Positions 49,281 through 58,613 are shown, counted from the first letter of the stretch. The stretch: 64,000 nucleotides of DNA from Polyangiaceae bacterium (GCA_965222375.1 CBDCTZ010000016.1:3328001-3392000); one strand, 5' to 3'. Translations and numbers: made by a program. Notes: a model not told the origin generated them from the sequence alone.

Positions 49281-50190
49281 GGAGCACTCACAAGAGCGTT
49301 TGAAAGCCCGCGCGGTGGACCGCCGCGCCGTGAGCCAAGTGGATCTCGAGACGCCCACCGGCGTGGACAGCGCAGCGCCCACGGACGTCGCCCCGGACGT
49401 CGCAACGGCGGTCGACGCTGCGGCCAAGACGCGTGTGGATTCGGACGCAGCGACCGCCTTGAATCTCGAAGCCCCCACCGCCGTTGACGACGCCGCCGCG
49501 ACGCGAGTCGACCCGAAGGCAGGGAGTACGAGCACGACGACGCGGTCGGATGAGCCAAGCCCGACGCAGGAAGAGCCCCCCGACGACACCCAAACCCTCG
49601 AACTTCGGGTGGACAAGCGCCCGAGCGCGATGCGCCTGGGCAAGATGCGGATGCCCGACCGGGCACTCCTCGGCCAACCGATCAAAGACTCGAACGCAAA
49701 GCCGAGCCACATGCGGTTCGCGGAGCTGAGCGCGGACAAGATCCGAGCTGCAGCAGAGCGAGCAGGCTACATCCCAGAGCGCAAGCCCGGGCGGAAGTGG
49801 CTGGTGGCCCTCGCCGCGTGCGCGCTGGCGGCCCTCGTCGCCACGCTGGTGTTCAGGGCCATGCCGAGCGCTCAGACGACGTCTAGCGAGACAGCGACGG
49901 CGACGGTGACAGCGACAACGACAACGCAGTCCACGCCCGCTACCCCTGCGCAGTCCGTGAAAGGTGAGGAGTCGAGCGTCGCGAAGACTGCGCCGAGCGT
50001 CGCGAAGACTGCGAGCGTCGCGAAGACCGCGCCGAGCGTCACGAAGGCTGAGCCGCCGCGATCAACCAAACCACTTGCCGCGCCGCGCCCTGCTCCGAAG
50101 GCGGCGCCAGCCAGCAAACCGAAGCCGAGCCCGGAGGCGCCGAGTGTGGCGGGGCCGGGCTTCGTGCCGCCGCATGAGACCGAGTTCTAG
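49273..50190 (+). CDS. single-pass membrane protein, Thr-rich cytoplasmic part and Pro/Ala-rich tail
   Basis: overlaps the kinase stop; repeated T-x-V-D motifs; TM helix WLVALAACALAALV. Confidence 0.7.
   Translation: MTEEHSQERLKARAVDRRAVSQVDLETPTGVDSAAPTDVAPDVATAVDAAAKTRVDSDAATALNLEAPTAVDDAAATRVDPKAGSTSTTTRSDEPSPTQEEPPDDTQTLELRVDKRPSAMRLGKMRMPDRALLGQPIKDSNAKPSHMRFAELSADKIRAAAERAGYIPERKPGRKWLVALAACALAALVATLVFRAMPSAQTTSSETATATVTATTTTQSTPATPAQSVKGEESSVAKTAPSVAKTASVAKTAPSVTKAEPPRSTKPLAAPRPAPKAAPASKPKPSPEAPSVAGPGFVPPHETEF
49974..50046 (+). repeat. intragenic 18-21-nt tandem repeat (SVAKTA[P])
   Basis: GAGCGTCGCGAAGAC(T/C)GCG[CC] repeated about 3.5 times. Confidence 0.85.
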
Positions 50191-51249
50191 ATGTCGAAAT
50201 GCCACCGATTCTTGCTGCTTGCTCTGGCCCTCGCGTTCGCACCGACGCTGAGCAGTTCGCCCGCGTCGGCGACCGGAGCGGACACTGCGGAAACGAAAGA
50301 GGCGCGGGACCTGATGAACAAGGGAAACACGTTCTTCAGGAAGGGCGATTGGCCCAGGGCTCACGCGGCCTACTCAGCGGCGTGGGCTTTGAAGAAGCAC
50401 TTCTCAATTGCGGCCAACCTTGCAGATGTTGAGCTGAGGCTGGGCAAGCATCGTGAAGCAGCGGAGCACCTAACGTACTACCTGGCGAACTTGCCTCCCG
50501 GGCGCAAGGAGCGAAAAGCGGCGGAAAAGAAACTCCTCGACGCGAAGTCGCACATTTCAGCCGTGGCGGTCTCGGTCAACGTCGAGGAGGCAGAGATCTT
50601 CGTCGACGGAAAACCCGTTGGCGGTGCGCCGCTGGCGAGTGAGATTCTTCTAGACCCGGGAGAGCATCGCTTCGAGGCGCGCCTCAAGGGTTACACGACT
50701 GCAGCCGACTCGATCGCGACGATTGCCGGAAAAACCCATTCCGTCGCACTGGTGCTGGAACGCGAGAACGAGGCACCCGCGGTTGGCTCGGGGCTGGGTG
50801 GCAGCAACGGGATGGGCGCCGTGGCGGGAGGGGCATCGGGCGACGGCAAGGGCCGCCCCGTACCAACCCAGAGCCCAAGTCTGGTTCCCGTGTACGTGGC
50901 AGGCGGCGTCGCTGCCGTTGGGATAGCCGCTACGATTGTTTTTGAGCTGTCGCGCAGCTCGCAAGCCGATGATGCAGCTCAGCTGGCTGACAGGCTCGGG
51001 CCGGGTGGCTGTGCAAGTGGCAGTCCGAATGCGGCTGATTGCAGCAAGCTGCACGACGCAAACGTCGCGACGAACCGAAGCGCCGATCGGCGGAACGTGT
51101 CTTTGGGCGTGGTCGGCGCAGCAGTCGTCTTTGGCGTCGGGTATTTGCTCTGGCCGCGGAGCGCTGAGAAATCGAACTCGACAGCGTTGACGGTTGTGCC
51201 GGTTGTTGCGGAGACACGCGGTGGGCTGAGTCTGTCAGGGAGCTTTTGA
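50191..51249 (+). CDS. TPR + PEGA domain protein with C-terminal beta-strand tail
   Basis: signal peptide, TPR helices, AEIFVDG...LDPGEHRFEARLKGY PEGA, terminal GLSLSGSF. Confidence 0.85.
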   Translation: MSKCHRFLLLALALAFAPTLSSSPASATGADTAETKEARDLMNKGNTFFRKGDWPRAHAAYSAAWALKKHFSIAANLADVELRLGKHREAAEHLTYYLANLPPGRKERKAAEKKLLDAKSHISAVAVSVNVEEAEIFVDGKPVGGAPLASEILLDPGEHRFEARLKGYTTAADSIATIAGKTHSVALVLERENEAPAVGSGLGGSNGMGAVAGGASGDGKGRPVPTQSPSLVPVYVAGGVAAVGIAATIVFELSRSSQADDAAQLADRLGPGGCASGSPNAADCSKLHDANVATNRSADRRNVSLGVVGAAVVFGVGYLLWPRSAEKSNSTALTVVPVVAETRGGLSLSGSF

Positions 51250-51295
51250 TGGTTGCGACGAGCCGCAGGGAATGCGGTTTTCGGAGAAGATCGTA

Positions 51296-52897
51296 ATGCG
51301 TGAAGTTTCTTTCTTGTCATTGTTTGCTGGCGCTTCCGTTGCGTTGGGCTGTTCTGGGGACCCAACGTGCAAAGAAGACTTGAGTTGCGGCACGTACCCC
51401 GGCGACGCGTCGACCGGAGGCGGCTCAGGAGCCTCCGGCAGCGGCGGGACGTCGGGCATGGGCGGTGTTGGCGGCGACGGAGGCACGTGCGACACCACGA
51501 AGTCGCCAAGCGAAGAGTCGTGTCTGGTGGACGATGCGTATGGGGTGTTCGTGTCGCCGCAAGGCAACGACTCGACGGGTGACGGCACGATGAGCAATCC
51601 GTACAAGACCGTTGCGAAAGGGCTGACGGAGGCGAAGAGTCAATCCAAGCACCTGTACGCCTGCGCCGACGGTGGCAGCTATGCCGAGACAATTACCGTG
51701 AATGCCGCGCTGGACGGCGTGGAGCTGTACGGCGGATTCAAGTGCAGCGATTGGACGTATTCCACCACGCTCAAGAGCAAGGTCGAGTCGCCGGATGCAA
51801 CGGCGTGGACAGTCACCGGGCTCACCAGCGGATTGCGCGTTGAAGACTTCGAGGTGGTTGCGTCGGACGCGACGACGCCCGGAGAGTCCAGTTTTGCGAT
51901 GATTGTGGCAGACTCCTCGAAGGTAGTTCTCCGTCGCGTGAAGCTCACGGCGGGCAAAGGTGCGGCCGGTGCCGTGGGTACGAATGGCGCGAAGGGCGCT
52001 GACGGCACGGTGGTTGGGGCGACACAACCTGGCAAACCCGCGGACTGTACCTCCCCGCCTGCGTCGCAGACGGGAGGCGGATGGCCGGGACCGAGCGCGT
52101 GTGGGTCGCAGGGCGGGTTGGGCGGAACCGCCGCAGTGAATGCCAACGGCGACGCTGGAAAGCAGGGAAGCCCGACAACAAATCTTGCGGGCGCTCCGAA
52201 GGGCAGTGGTGGATTGGGCGCGACGGTCGTTGGCACTGACGGCGACGGTGGGATTGCAGGAACTGGCGGCGCTCCCGGCCCGGTCGGCACAGCCGCCTCC
52301 GCAGAAGGAGCGTTCACGTCGAGCGGGTTCACGGTGGCTAGTGGGGCAGCTGGCAGTAACGGCTTCCCGGGCCAGGGCGGCGGCGGTGGCGGCGCGAGCA
52401 AGGGCAACACGACGTGCATCGGCGCCAGCGGCGGAGCCGGAGGGATGGGCGGCTGCGGCGGAGCCAAAGGCACCGCCGGCGGCGGTGGCGGCGCCAGCGT
52501 CGCGCTTCTGAGTTGGTCGAGCAGCGTCACTCTCGATGACTCCGAGCTGGTGTCGGCCGATGGCGGCGACGGTGGCAAAGGAGGCAACGGCGGACCCGGC
52601 GGTTCCGGTGGTGCAGGCGCACCGGGCGGCACGAATGGCGGAACGGTCATGGGTTCGGGCGGGGACGGCGCGAAGGGCGGCTCCGGCGGCCCCGGGGGCT
52701 CCGGCTCCGGTGGCACCGCAGGGCCTTCCTATGCACTCGTCTTCCATGGCACGGCGCCAGCCAAGACCGGCACGGTGATGCTGACCGCAGCCTCCGGGGG
52801 AATTGCTGGGAAGGGCGGCAGTGCTGGCGGAGTGGGCGTCAACCCCGCGCCAGACGGAAGCAGCGGCCAGAGCGCGAAGGAGTTTGAGCAGAAGTGA
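51296..52897 (+). CDS. Gly-rich (PGRS-like) lipoprotein with DUF1565-like beta-helix N-domain
   Basis: ALGC lipobox; VFVSPQGNDSTGDGTMSNPYKT; LYGGF.C; GGxGG repeats. Confidence 0.8.
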   Translation: MREVSFLSLFAGASVALGCSGDPTCKEDLSCGTYPGDASTGGGSGASGSGGTSGMGGVGGDGGTCDTTKSPSEESCLVDDAYGVFVSPQGNDSTGDGTMSNPYKTVAKGLTEAKSQSKHLYACADGGSYAETITVNAALDGVELYGGFKCSDWTYSTTLKSKVESPDATAWTVTGLTSGLRVEDFEVVASDATTPGESSFAMIVADSSKVVLRRVKLTAGKGAAGAVGTNGAKGADGTVVGATQPGKPADCTSPPASQTGGGWPGPSACGSQGGLGGTAAVNANGDAGKQGSPTTNLAGAPKGSGGLGATVVGTDGDGGIAGTGGAPGPVGTAASAEGAFTSSGFTVASGAAGSNGFPGQGGGGGGASKGNTTCIGASGGAGGMGGCGGAKGTAGGGGGASVALLSWSSSVTLDDSELVSADGGDGGKGGNGGPGGSGGAGAPGGTNGGTVMGSGGDGAKGGSGGPGGSGSGGTAGPSYALVFHGTAPAKTGTVMLTAASGGIAGKGGSAGGVGVNPAPDGSSGQSAKEFEQK

Positions 52898-52982
52898 CAG
52901 CGCGCGAGCAAGCACAATTCGCTAGCAAGCTCGCCGAATGTGCGAGCGGCAAAGAGCCAGGCAGATACCAGACGGCACAAGA

Positions 52983-53159
52983 ATGACGATAGAGCGAAAC
53001 AAGCGGCTCAACGTGCCGCTGAGCTTGAAAGAGTGGAAGCTGGTGCATCGGCTGGCAGAGGAAGACGGGCAGAGCATCAGCAACTGGGTCAGGCAATTGA
53101 TTCGAGCGAAGGCCAAGGCCAAGGCCAAGCTCGACAAGCCGCGACGACGCAAGCGCTGA
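52983..53159 (+). CDS. small ribbon-helix-helix-like DNA-binding protein, copy 1
   Basis: RNKRLNVPLS.KEW..VHRLAEEDGQSISNWVRQLI; basic tail. Confidence 0.7.
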   Translation: MTIERNKRLNVPLSLKEWKLVHRLAEEDGQSISNWVRQLIRAKAKAKAKLDKPRRRKR

Positions 53160-53271
53160 GGCGAGGGAAAAGCAGCGCTGGAGGCAGTTTGTCAGCAACT
53201 CAGATCCCGCAGCGTCCGATGGTCTGTGATGCACGTAGTAGGCTTTGGCCAGGCGCAGGGTGGGTACGAGT

Positions 53272-53481
53272 ATGAGCAGGAGCGTGAGCACCACACAGCA
53301 CAGCGAGCAATTCGCCTGGCACGACTTTCCCTTCGGAGGTGTGCTCGAAGCTCACGAGTCGCTCACGGCCCCCGGCCCGGCTCTGGAGCTGCACATCATT
53401 CAGCGCAGGGCAGGCGTCGTCGCCTTCTGGATGCTGGACGACGGCAGATTTGGCCGTCGGGTGAGTGTCGGAAGCACATGA
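53272..53481 (+). CDS. small hypothetical protein
   Basis: 69-aa ORF filling the gap between RHH and TPR genes; no recognised motif. Confidence 0.4.
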   Translation: MSRSVSTTQHSEQFAWHDFPFGGVLEAHESLTAPGPALELHIIQRRAGVVAFWMLDDGRFGRRVSVGST

Positions 53482-53494
53482 GCGGAGGCGAGGG

Positions 53495-54556
53495 ATGCAA
53501 AAGGACTTCGAGGCCCGCGTGAGGCGACGGCTTGGCGCCATTGCCTGCGTCCCGCTGCTGCTCTCGGCTTCGACGGCACTGGCGCAGCCGCCGCGCGAGG
53601 CCTCTGCGTCGGAGACTGTCATGGCCCGCGATCTCTTCCGTGAGGCGGGCAGGCTGCGCGACCAGGGCGACTGGTCGGGCGCGGCGAAGAAACTGCACAA
53701 AGTGGTCGAGATCAAGGAAACGGCTGGCGTGCGCTTGCACCTGGCACATGCGCTGGCACGAACTGGTCAGCTCACCGCCGCGCTGAGGAGCATCGAGCGA
53801 GCGCAAGCGCTAAACCAGTCCGCGGCACGGCCCGCCACGCTGGACGAGGCAATCGCTCAGGAGCGCGCGGACATCGAGGCGCGCATCCCGACCCTGGCAG
53901 TGCGCTGCGCCGACGCCTGCGACATCAAAGCCATCATCATCGATGGAACGCCTGTCGCTCGGCTGAGCGAGCCTGCGCGAGTCGACCCTGGCCGCCACCG
54001 GGTGGAGGTGGTGGTTGCGGGCCGGAGCACCTTCGCGACGGAGGTGACGGCCCAGGAGCGCGCTCGTCTCGAAATCATTGCCACCTGGCCCGAGGCCAGC
54101 GCCAGCGCGACGGCTTCACCAGCATCATCGTCGACGCGGGATTCCGCCCCGGCGCCCGAGAGCGCCCCGAGCAACACGAAGACGTACGTGATGGTCGGCG
54201 AGGGAGCCTTTGCGCTGACGGGCCTGGTGCTGGGCCTGGTGTTTCGCAGCGCAGCCAACGACGCGGAGGACGAGGCCATCAGACAGCGCGCGGCGTTGAC
54301 TAGCAGCTGCAGCAACCCCATCGCGAGCGAAAAGCAGCTGTGCGCAGATCTGCGCGACAACGTCGACCGGCGGGCTCACAAGGAGGGGCTTGCGACGGGC
54401 AGCTTCATCGCTGCGGGCGTGGGGATCGGCGCAATGGTGGCCACGCAATTGCTGTGGCCGAGTGCGGCCTCGCGCTCCAGCTCGGGCTCGGTGCGCTTCG
54501 TCGCAGCGGCCAGTCCGCAGGCAATCCAAGTGGGGGTGGGTGGAGTGTTGTACTGA
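53495..54556 (+). CDS. TPR + PEGA-like exported protein, paralog-like to 50191-51249
   Basis: signal peptide, ARDLFREA TPR, IDG...VDPGRHRVEV, hydrophobic hairpin and beta tail. Confidence 0.75.
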   Translation: MQKDFEARVRRRLGAIACVPLLLSASTALAQPPREASASETVMARDLFREAGRLRDQGDWSGAAKKLHKVVEIKETAGVRLHLAHALARTGQLTAALRSIERAQALNQSAARPATLDEAIAQERADIEARIPTLAVRCADACDIKAIIIDGTPVARLSEPARVDPGRHRVEVVVAGRSTFATEVTAQERARLEIIATWPEASASATASPASSSTRDSAPAPESAPSNTKTYVMVGEGAFALTGLVLGLVFRSAANDAEDEAIRQRAALTSSCSNPIASEKQLCADLRDNVDRRAHKEGLATGSFIAAGVGIGAMVATQLLWPSAASRSSSGSVRFVAAASPQAIQVGVGGVLY

Positions 54557-54591
54557 AGCCCGCATTGGGCCAATACTCGCTGGCCAGAAGA

Positions 54592-54786
54592 ATGCCGATA
54601 CAGCGCAACAAGCGGCTCAACGTGCCGCTGAGCTTGAAAGAGTGGAAGCAGGTGCATCGGCTTGCCGAGGAAGACGGGCAGAGCATCAGCAACTGGATCA
54701 GGGGATTGATTCGAGCCAAGGCCAAGGCGAAGGCCAAAGCCAAAGCTAGACCCAAGGCCAACAAGCCGCGACAACGCAAACGCTGA
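54592..54786 (+). CDS. small ribbon-helix-helix-like protein, copy 2
   Basis: near-identical to 52983-53159, with a longer AK repeat. Confidence 0.7.
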   Translation: MPIQRNKRLNVPLSLKEWKQVHRLAEEDGQSISNWIRGLIRAKAKAKAKAKARPKANKPRQRKR

Positions 54787-54798
54787 GCCGGACGCGCC

Positions 54799-55161
54799 CT
54801 ACGCCCGCAGCGCAGCGCGGATGGCATCAAGCACAAGCTCGATGCGCTCGCACACGTCAGCGGCACTGACGCGCAGCACGCGATAACCCAGCCGAGCGAG
54901 CGCACGGTCCCGGCGCACGTCGGCGCAGCGCTGCAGCGCATGCTGCGGGCCATCGACCTCGATGACAAGACGGCGGGAGGCCACGACGAAGTCCGCGATG
55001 TGTCGGCCGAGCACGACCTGGCGCTTGACGCAAACGCCGAGGCGCTTGCCACGGATGGCGCGGAAGAGGACCTGCTCCGGCCAGGAGGGCGTGGCGCGCA
55101 GGCGGCGAGCGTAGTCTTGGAGTTGACGTTGGCGAGCGAAAGACTGCACAGGCTTTTGCAT
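54799..55161 (-). CDS. DUF559 / Vsr-like endonuclease domain protein
   Basis: ARRLR..PSWPEQ.L...R, RQ, ADF, LVIEVDG..H, RD..L..LGYRVLR. Confidence 0.88.
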   Translation of the reverse strand: MQKPVQSFARQRQLQDYARRLRATPSWPEQVLFRAIRGKRLGVCVKRQVVLGRHIADFVVASRRLVIEVDGPQHALQRCADVRRDRALARLGYRVLRVSAADVCERIELVLDAIRAALRA

Positions 55162-55723
55162 GACGACCTCCGAGGCCCGGGGTTGGCTGGCGGGCTACGC
55201 CAACCCATCGCGCAGGAGGCGTGACGCTGATGTTGAAAACAAGCGGCTGACTCACGCGCCGCGCCCGGAACATCGAGCGAGAGGTCGAGTGCGGCGCGCC
55301 TGTAGCGCGCAAGAGCGGAGTCCGCCAGCCAATCCCGGGCTCAAGCGAGGCGAAAGCACCGGCAACGGGACCTTGTTACCAACTCAGATCTCGCAGCGTC
55401 CGAAACGCGGTGGTGGACGGAATTGGCTTGAGCCGAGCAGACCTCAAGCTAGGCTGCGGACGGATGCTGGCCCCAGGGGAGGCACGAGCAGGAGTACGAG
55501 TAGAAGTACGAGTACGACGACGTAGAGGCCGCAAACGATGCAGCCGCACTTGCGCTGCACGCCAACGCGACGCAGCCCCGCCCATGCCGCGCGCAGGCGG
55601 CTCGCCGCGCCGCGTGAGACCATTTGCCCCTTTTTTTGCGCCGCGACAAGCCGCGGCGGCCGCCGAGCACGGCATAAGGGGGGCGGCAAGCCGAGCGGAG
55701 CGAGGCGGGGGGGGGCAACAAAG

Positions 55724-55979
55724 CCATCGCCAGGCGCTGTCCTTGTTGGGCCACCTGTCCACCTCCTGGGAGTGCTGAGTTCGTCGGGGTCGCCAGCGGC
55801 GACCGGCGCACGCGGCAGTGCCGCGGCGCAATGAGCGAAGATTCAGCGAAGGTTGGTCATGGTGCGACTTCGCGAGAAGTCGAGGGCCAGTTTGACTTAG
55901 ATTGCGTGCGTGTCAACCGACTTCGATTTTGGTTTTGGGGATGTGGCGGACAAGTCCGTCATCGGCTGCCTCGCGCGGC
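55724..55979 (-). repeat. direct repeat copy 2: ABC-F promoter/leader plus truncated 5' gene remnant
   Basis: encodes VAQQGQRLAM versus VRQGTRLAM of the intact gene, then similarity stops. Confidence 0.9.
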
Positions 55980-56028
55980 ACGCGCGGCGGCGCATAGCGA
56001 GCTGGCCACGGATTCGCTCCTTCGCGGT

Positions 56029-57492
56029 TTAGCTGGTCGCGCGGATCAGAGCAGGCGGCAGTTCATCTAGCCGAATTAGACCGTCGGGAGGGTTCATCGC
56101 CCACGCTGCGGTGATCGTTTGGCGAAGCTCCAAGACGTCGCCCGGCCAGTCATGAGTCAGCAGCGCGAGCCCGACCTCTGGGGCCAGGCGAGGCTCTTTA
56201 GCGCCGATCTCCGTGAGAACATCTCGGACGTAAGCACCGAGGTCTTCGAGGCGTCTTCGCAGGGGAGTCAGCTGGTAGGTCTGGGCAACGAGTCGGCTGA
56301 GCAGGTCGCGCCGAAATCCCTGATCAACCAGGTCAGATCCGCTGCGATGGGTCGCGGCGATCAAGCGGCAACCGGCGGGAAGCTGCTCCAACCAGTCAGC
56401 CAGAGCCTCTTGACCGGCTTTGGATAGCTCAGTCACGTCCCCGACGAAGACCGTTGCCGGCCCCTGCTCGGGGAGCTCCGCGTGCTGTTGGAGGGTGCGG
56501 GCGTCGAGCAGCAGGAATGGCCCGCTACCGGTGGCCGCGTGCACGGAGCGCGCTAGAGCCTCCTTTTCCGTACCGGGCTCGCCAGTTAGCAACATCGCAT
56601 CAGAAACGTCGAAAAAGCGCTTGAGGGCGCCCAGCTCTGCGCCCACGTGACCCAGGGCGCTGGTGAGCGTCGTGCCGGCCTCGAACATGGTCGGCGCGGC
56701 GCCAGCGCGAGGCGCTGAGCTGAGCGTGGCGCGGAAGCGAAATAGCGTATTCCCGCAGTCAATCACGTCGCCATCCACGAGCTCATGGCGCTGTACGAGT
56801 CGCCCATTGACGAAGGTTCCGTTGCGCGAGTTTTCATCGCGCACGACCCAGCTCGACTGCGAGCGAGCCAAGCGCGCGTGGTGGCGCGACACTGAGGCGC
56901 CTGGGATGCCCAGCACCAAGCGGCGACGCTGCGGCTCTTCGTGCAATTTGGCCTGGGGCTCGCGCGAACGCATGATGACCACTTCATCCACGCCATCGAG
57001 GCAGAACCCGCCTGTCCCGAGCAACGGCTGGTCGCAGCGCAGGGCGAGGAACAAGTGCGGCGCGAAGGTGCCGAAGATCTCGCGAACCTCCTTCGCGGTT
57101 TCCGTGGCCGTCATCTCGCCGAGTTCCGCGGGCAGGCTGCTGAAAGTTTCGTCTGCGGCGGGTCGCTCGGAATCCGCCGGCTTCTCGACATCCACGTCGG
57201 CGACCCACATGAACCCGAAGCCGCGCCGCGTGCGGATGATGCGCGGGTCTTCTCCGGTATCGCCCAGGGCGCGGCGAGCGGAGCGTACGCATTGGTTCAC
57301 GGACGCTTCGCTCACGGTGACGTCGTGCCAGACCTTTTCCAGCAGTTCGGCCTTGGGTACAGCTCGCGACCGGTGCTCGACGAGATACAGGATCAGATCG
57401 AAGACCCGCTTTTGAACCTCGATCGGCTGCCCGTCGCGGGAGATGGCGCGACGGTCTCGATCGATGACGAAACCTGCGGTGCAAAACCTCAA
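56029..57492 (-). CDS. OmpR/ToxR-type winged helix + FHA + degenerate sigma54-activator AAA domain regulator
   Basis: ELLEKVW...IRTRRGFGF; VSRHHA/SRNGTFVNG; GEPGTEKE, FRRDL, WPGDVLEL; no GAFTGA. Confidence 0.85.
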   Translation of the reverse strand: MRFCTAGFVIDRDRRAISRDGQPIEVQKRVFDLILYLVEHRSRAVPKAELLEKVWHDVTVSEASVNQCVRSARRALGDTGEDPRIIRTRRGFGFMWVADVDVEKPADSERPAADETFSSLPAELGEMTATETAKEVREIFGTFAPHLFLALRCDQPLLGTGGFCLDGVDEVVIMRSREPQAKLHEEPQRRRLVLGIPGASVSRHHARLARSQSSWVVRDENSRNGTFVNGRLVQRHELVDGDVIDCGNTLFRFRATLSSAPRAGAAPTMFEAGTTLTSALGHVGAELGALKRFFDVSDAMLLTGEPGTEKEALARSVHAATGSGPFLLLDARTLQQHAELPEQGPATVFVGDVTELSKAGQEALADWLEQLPAGCRLIAATHRSGSDLVDQGFRRDLLSRLVAQTYQLTPLRRRLEDLGAYVRDVLTEIGAKEPRLAPEVGLALLTHDWPGDVLELRQTITAAWAMNPPDGLIRLDELPPALIRATS

Positions 57493-57541
57493 GACCGACC
57501 TGGGCGGCAGCCTAGCACGCGACGCGGCGCGACTGTTGCGG

Positions 57542-57840
57542 CTAGGGGTTGCTGCCCGAGTCGGGCTCGAAGTCGAGGCAAGGTTGCGGGTTGGCGCCGG
57601 GGGCCGGCGCGCTCAGGCACGGCCCCGGGAAAGCGTCGGGCGCTGGTACACCCAGGCAGGGCTCGGGCACGGAGTCTTTTTGGGTGCTGGCGTCGCCGGC
57701 GCTGCCACCGGTTCCGCCTGTGCCGTCGCGCTCCGTCTTGCCGCCGCAGCCCGACGCAGCGGCGATGGGCCAACCCCGCGCCCGCGAGCGCCGTAGCGAG
57801 CACGACGGGCAAGTATCAGGTCCTGGTCGTTCGGACGCAA
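57542..57840 (-). pseudogene. small lipoprotein with three PxPCL repeats, two apparent frameshifts (pseudogene or assembly error)
   Basis: segments LILARRARY / ALAGAGLA / IAAASGCGGK...PEPCL..PGPCL..PQPCL lie in three different frames. Confidence 0.55.
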
Positions 57841-57854
57841 GTTGGCCCTTCCAG

Positions 57855-58613
57855 TCACGGCCACGCCACTTTGACCGTATTGGAACGCTCCTTGACGTTG
57901 GATTTGCCCGCGCGCGCATGAAGTGGAGGGTTTCGCCGCTGGTCGGTTGCCAATACTTGGGTGCCGTGAACGGCGCCTTGTTGAAGGGTGCCTGCTTGAT
58001 GTGATCGCCCGCGACGGACGACTTGGCTTTGCAGGTTTGGACCGGCGGCCCAGGTCGAAGCCATTCCCAGGTTGCGCCGTACCATTTGTTCTCGTAGCAG
58101 ATGAACACCCACGGGTTTGCAATCACCTCGACGTTTACGATGGTCGTGGGCCAGCCCTTGCCGTCGATGTCGTGGTCCATGCACACCTGGCTGTTGGTGA
58201 AGGTGACCTGCTTCAGTTTGACCGTTTCGGCCCAACTAGAGACGTTCGTGTGCAGCCAGGTCACGTTCTTGAAATCGAAAGGCGGCGCATTCGGGCACGT
58301 GCTCGAGGGGCCGTTGCAGCCGCTTCCCGCGCTACCGCCGGTGTTGGCCCCGCTGCTTCCGCCGCTGGCGCTGCCAGCTGTTCCCGCGCTGCCCCCCGCA
58401 CCCGCCGCTGCCCCGGCGCCAGCGTTGCCGGCGCTTGCGCCCGAACCCGCGCTGCCGCTGGTCGCGCCGGAGCCGCCAAGCCCGCCCGCGCCGGAGGCTC
58501 CACCGCTAGATGTGCCTCCAACGCCCCCAAAGTCCTGCGACCCCGCCGTCGTCACTGCCGCACGCAATCAAGGCGCCGCACACCCCCACAATCACTGCCG
58601 CCCTCGCCCACAT
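57855..58613 (-). pseudogene. Gly-rich lipoprotein with two apparent frameshifts (pseudogene or assembly error)
   Basis: signal MWARAAVIVGVCGALIACGSDDGG and tail ARAGKSNVKERSNTVKVAWP are out of frame with the central domain. Confidence 0.6.
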
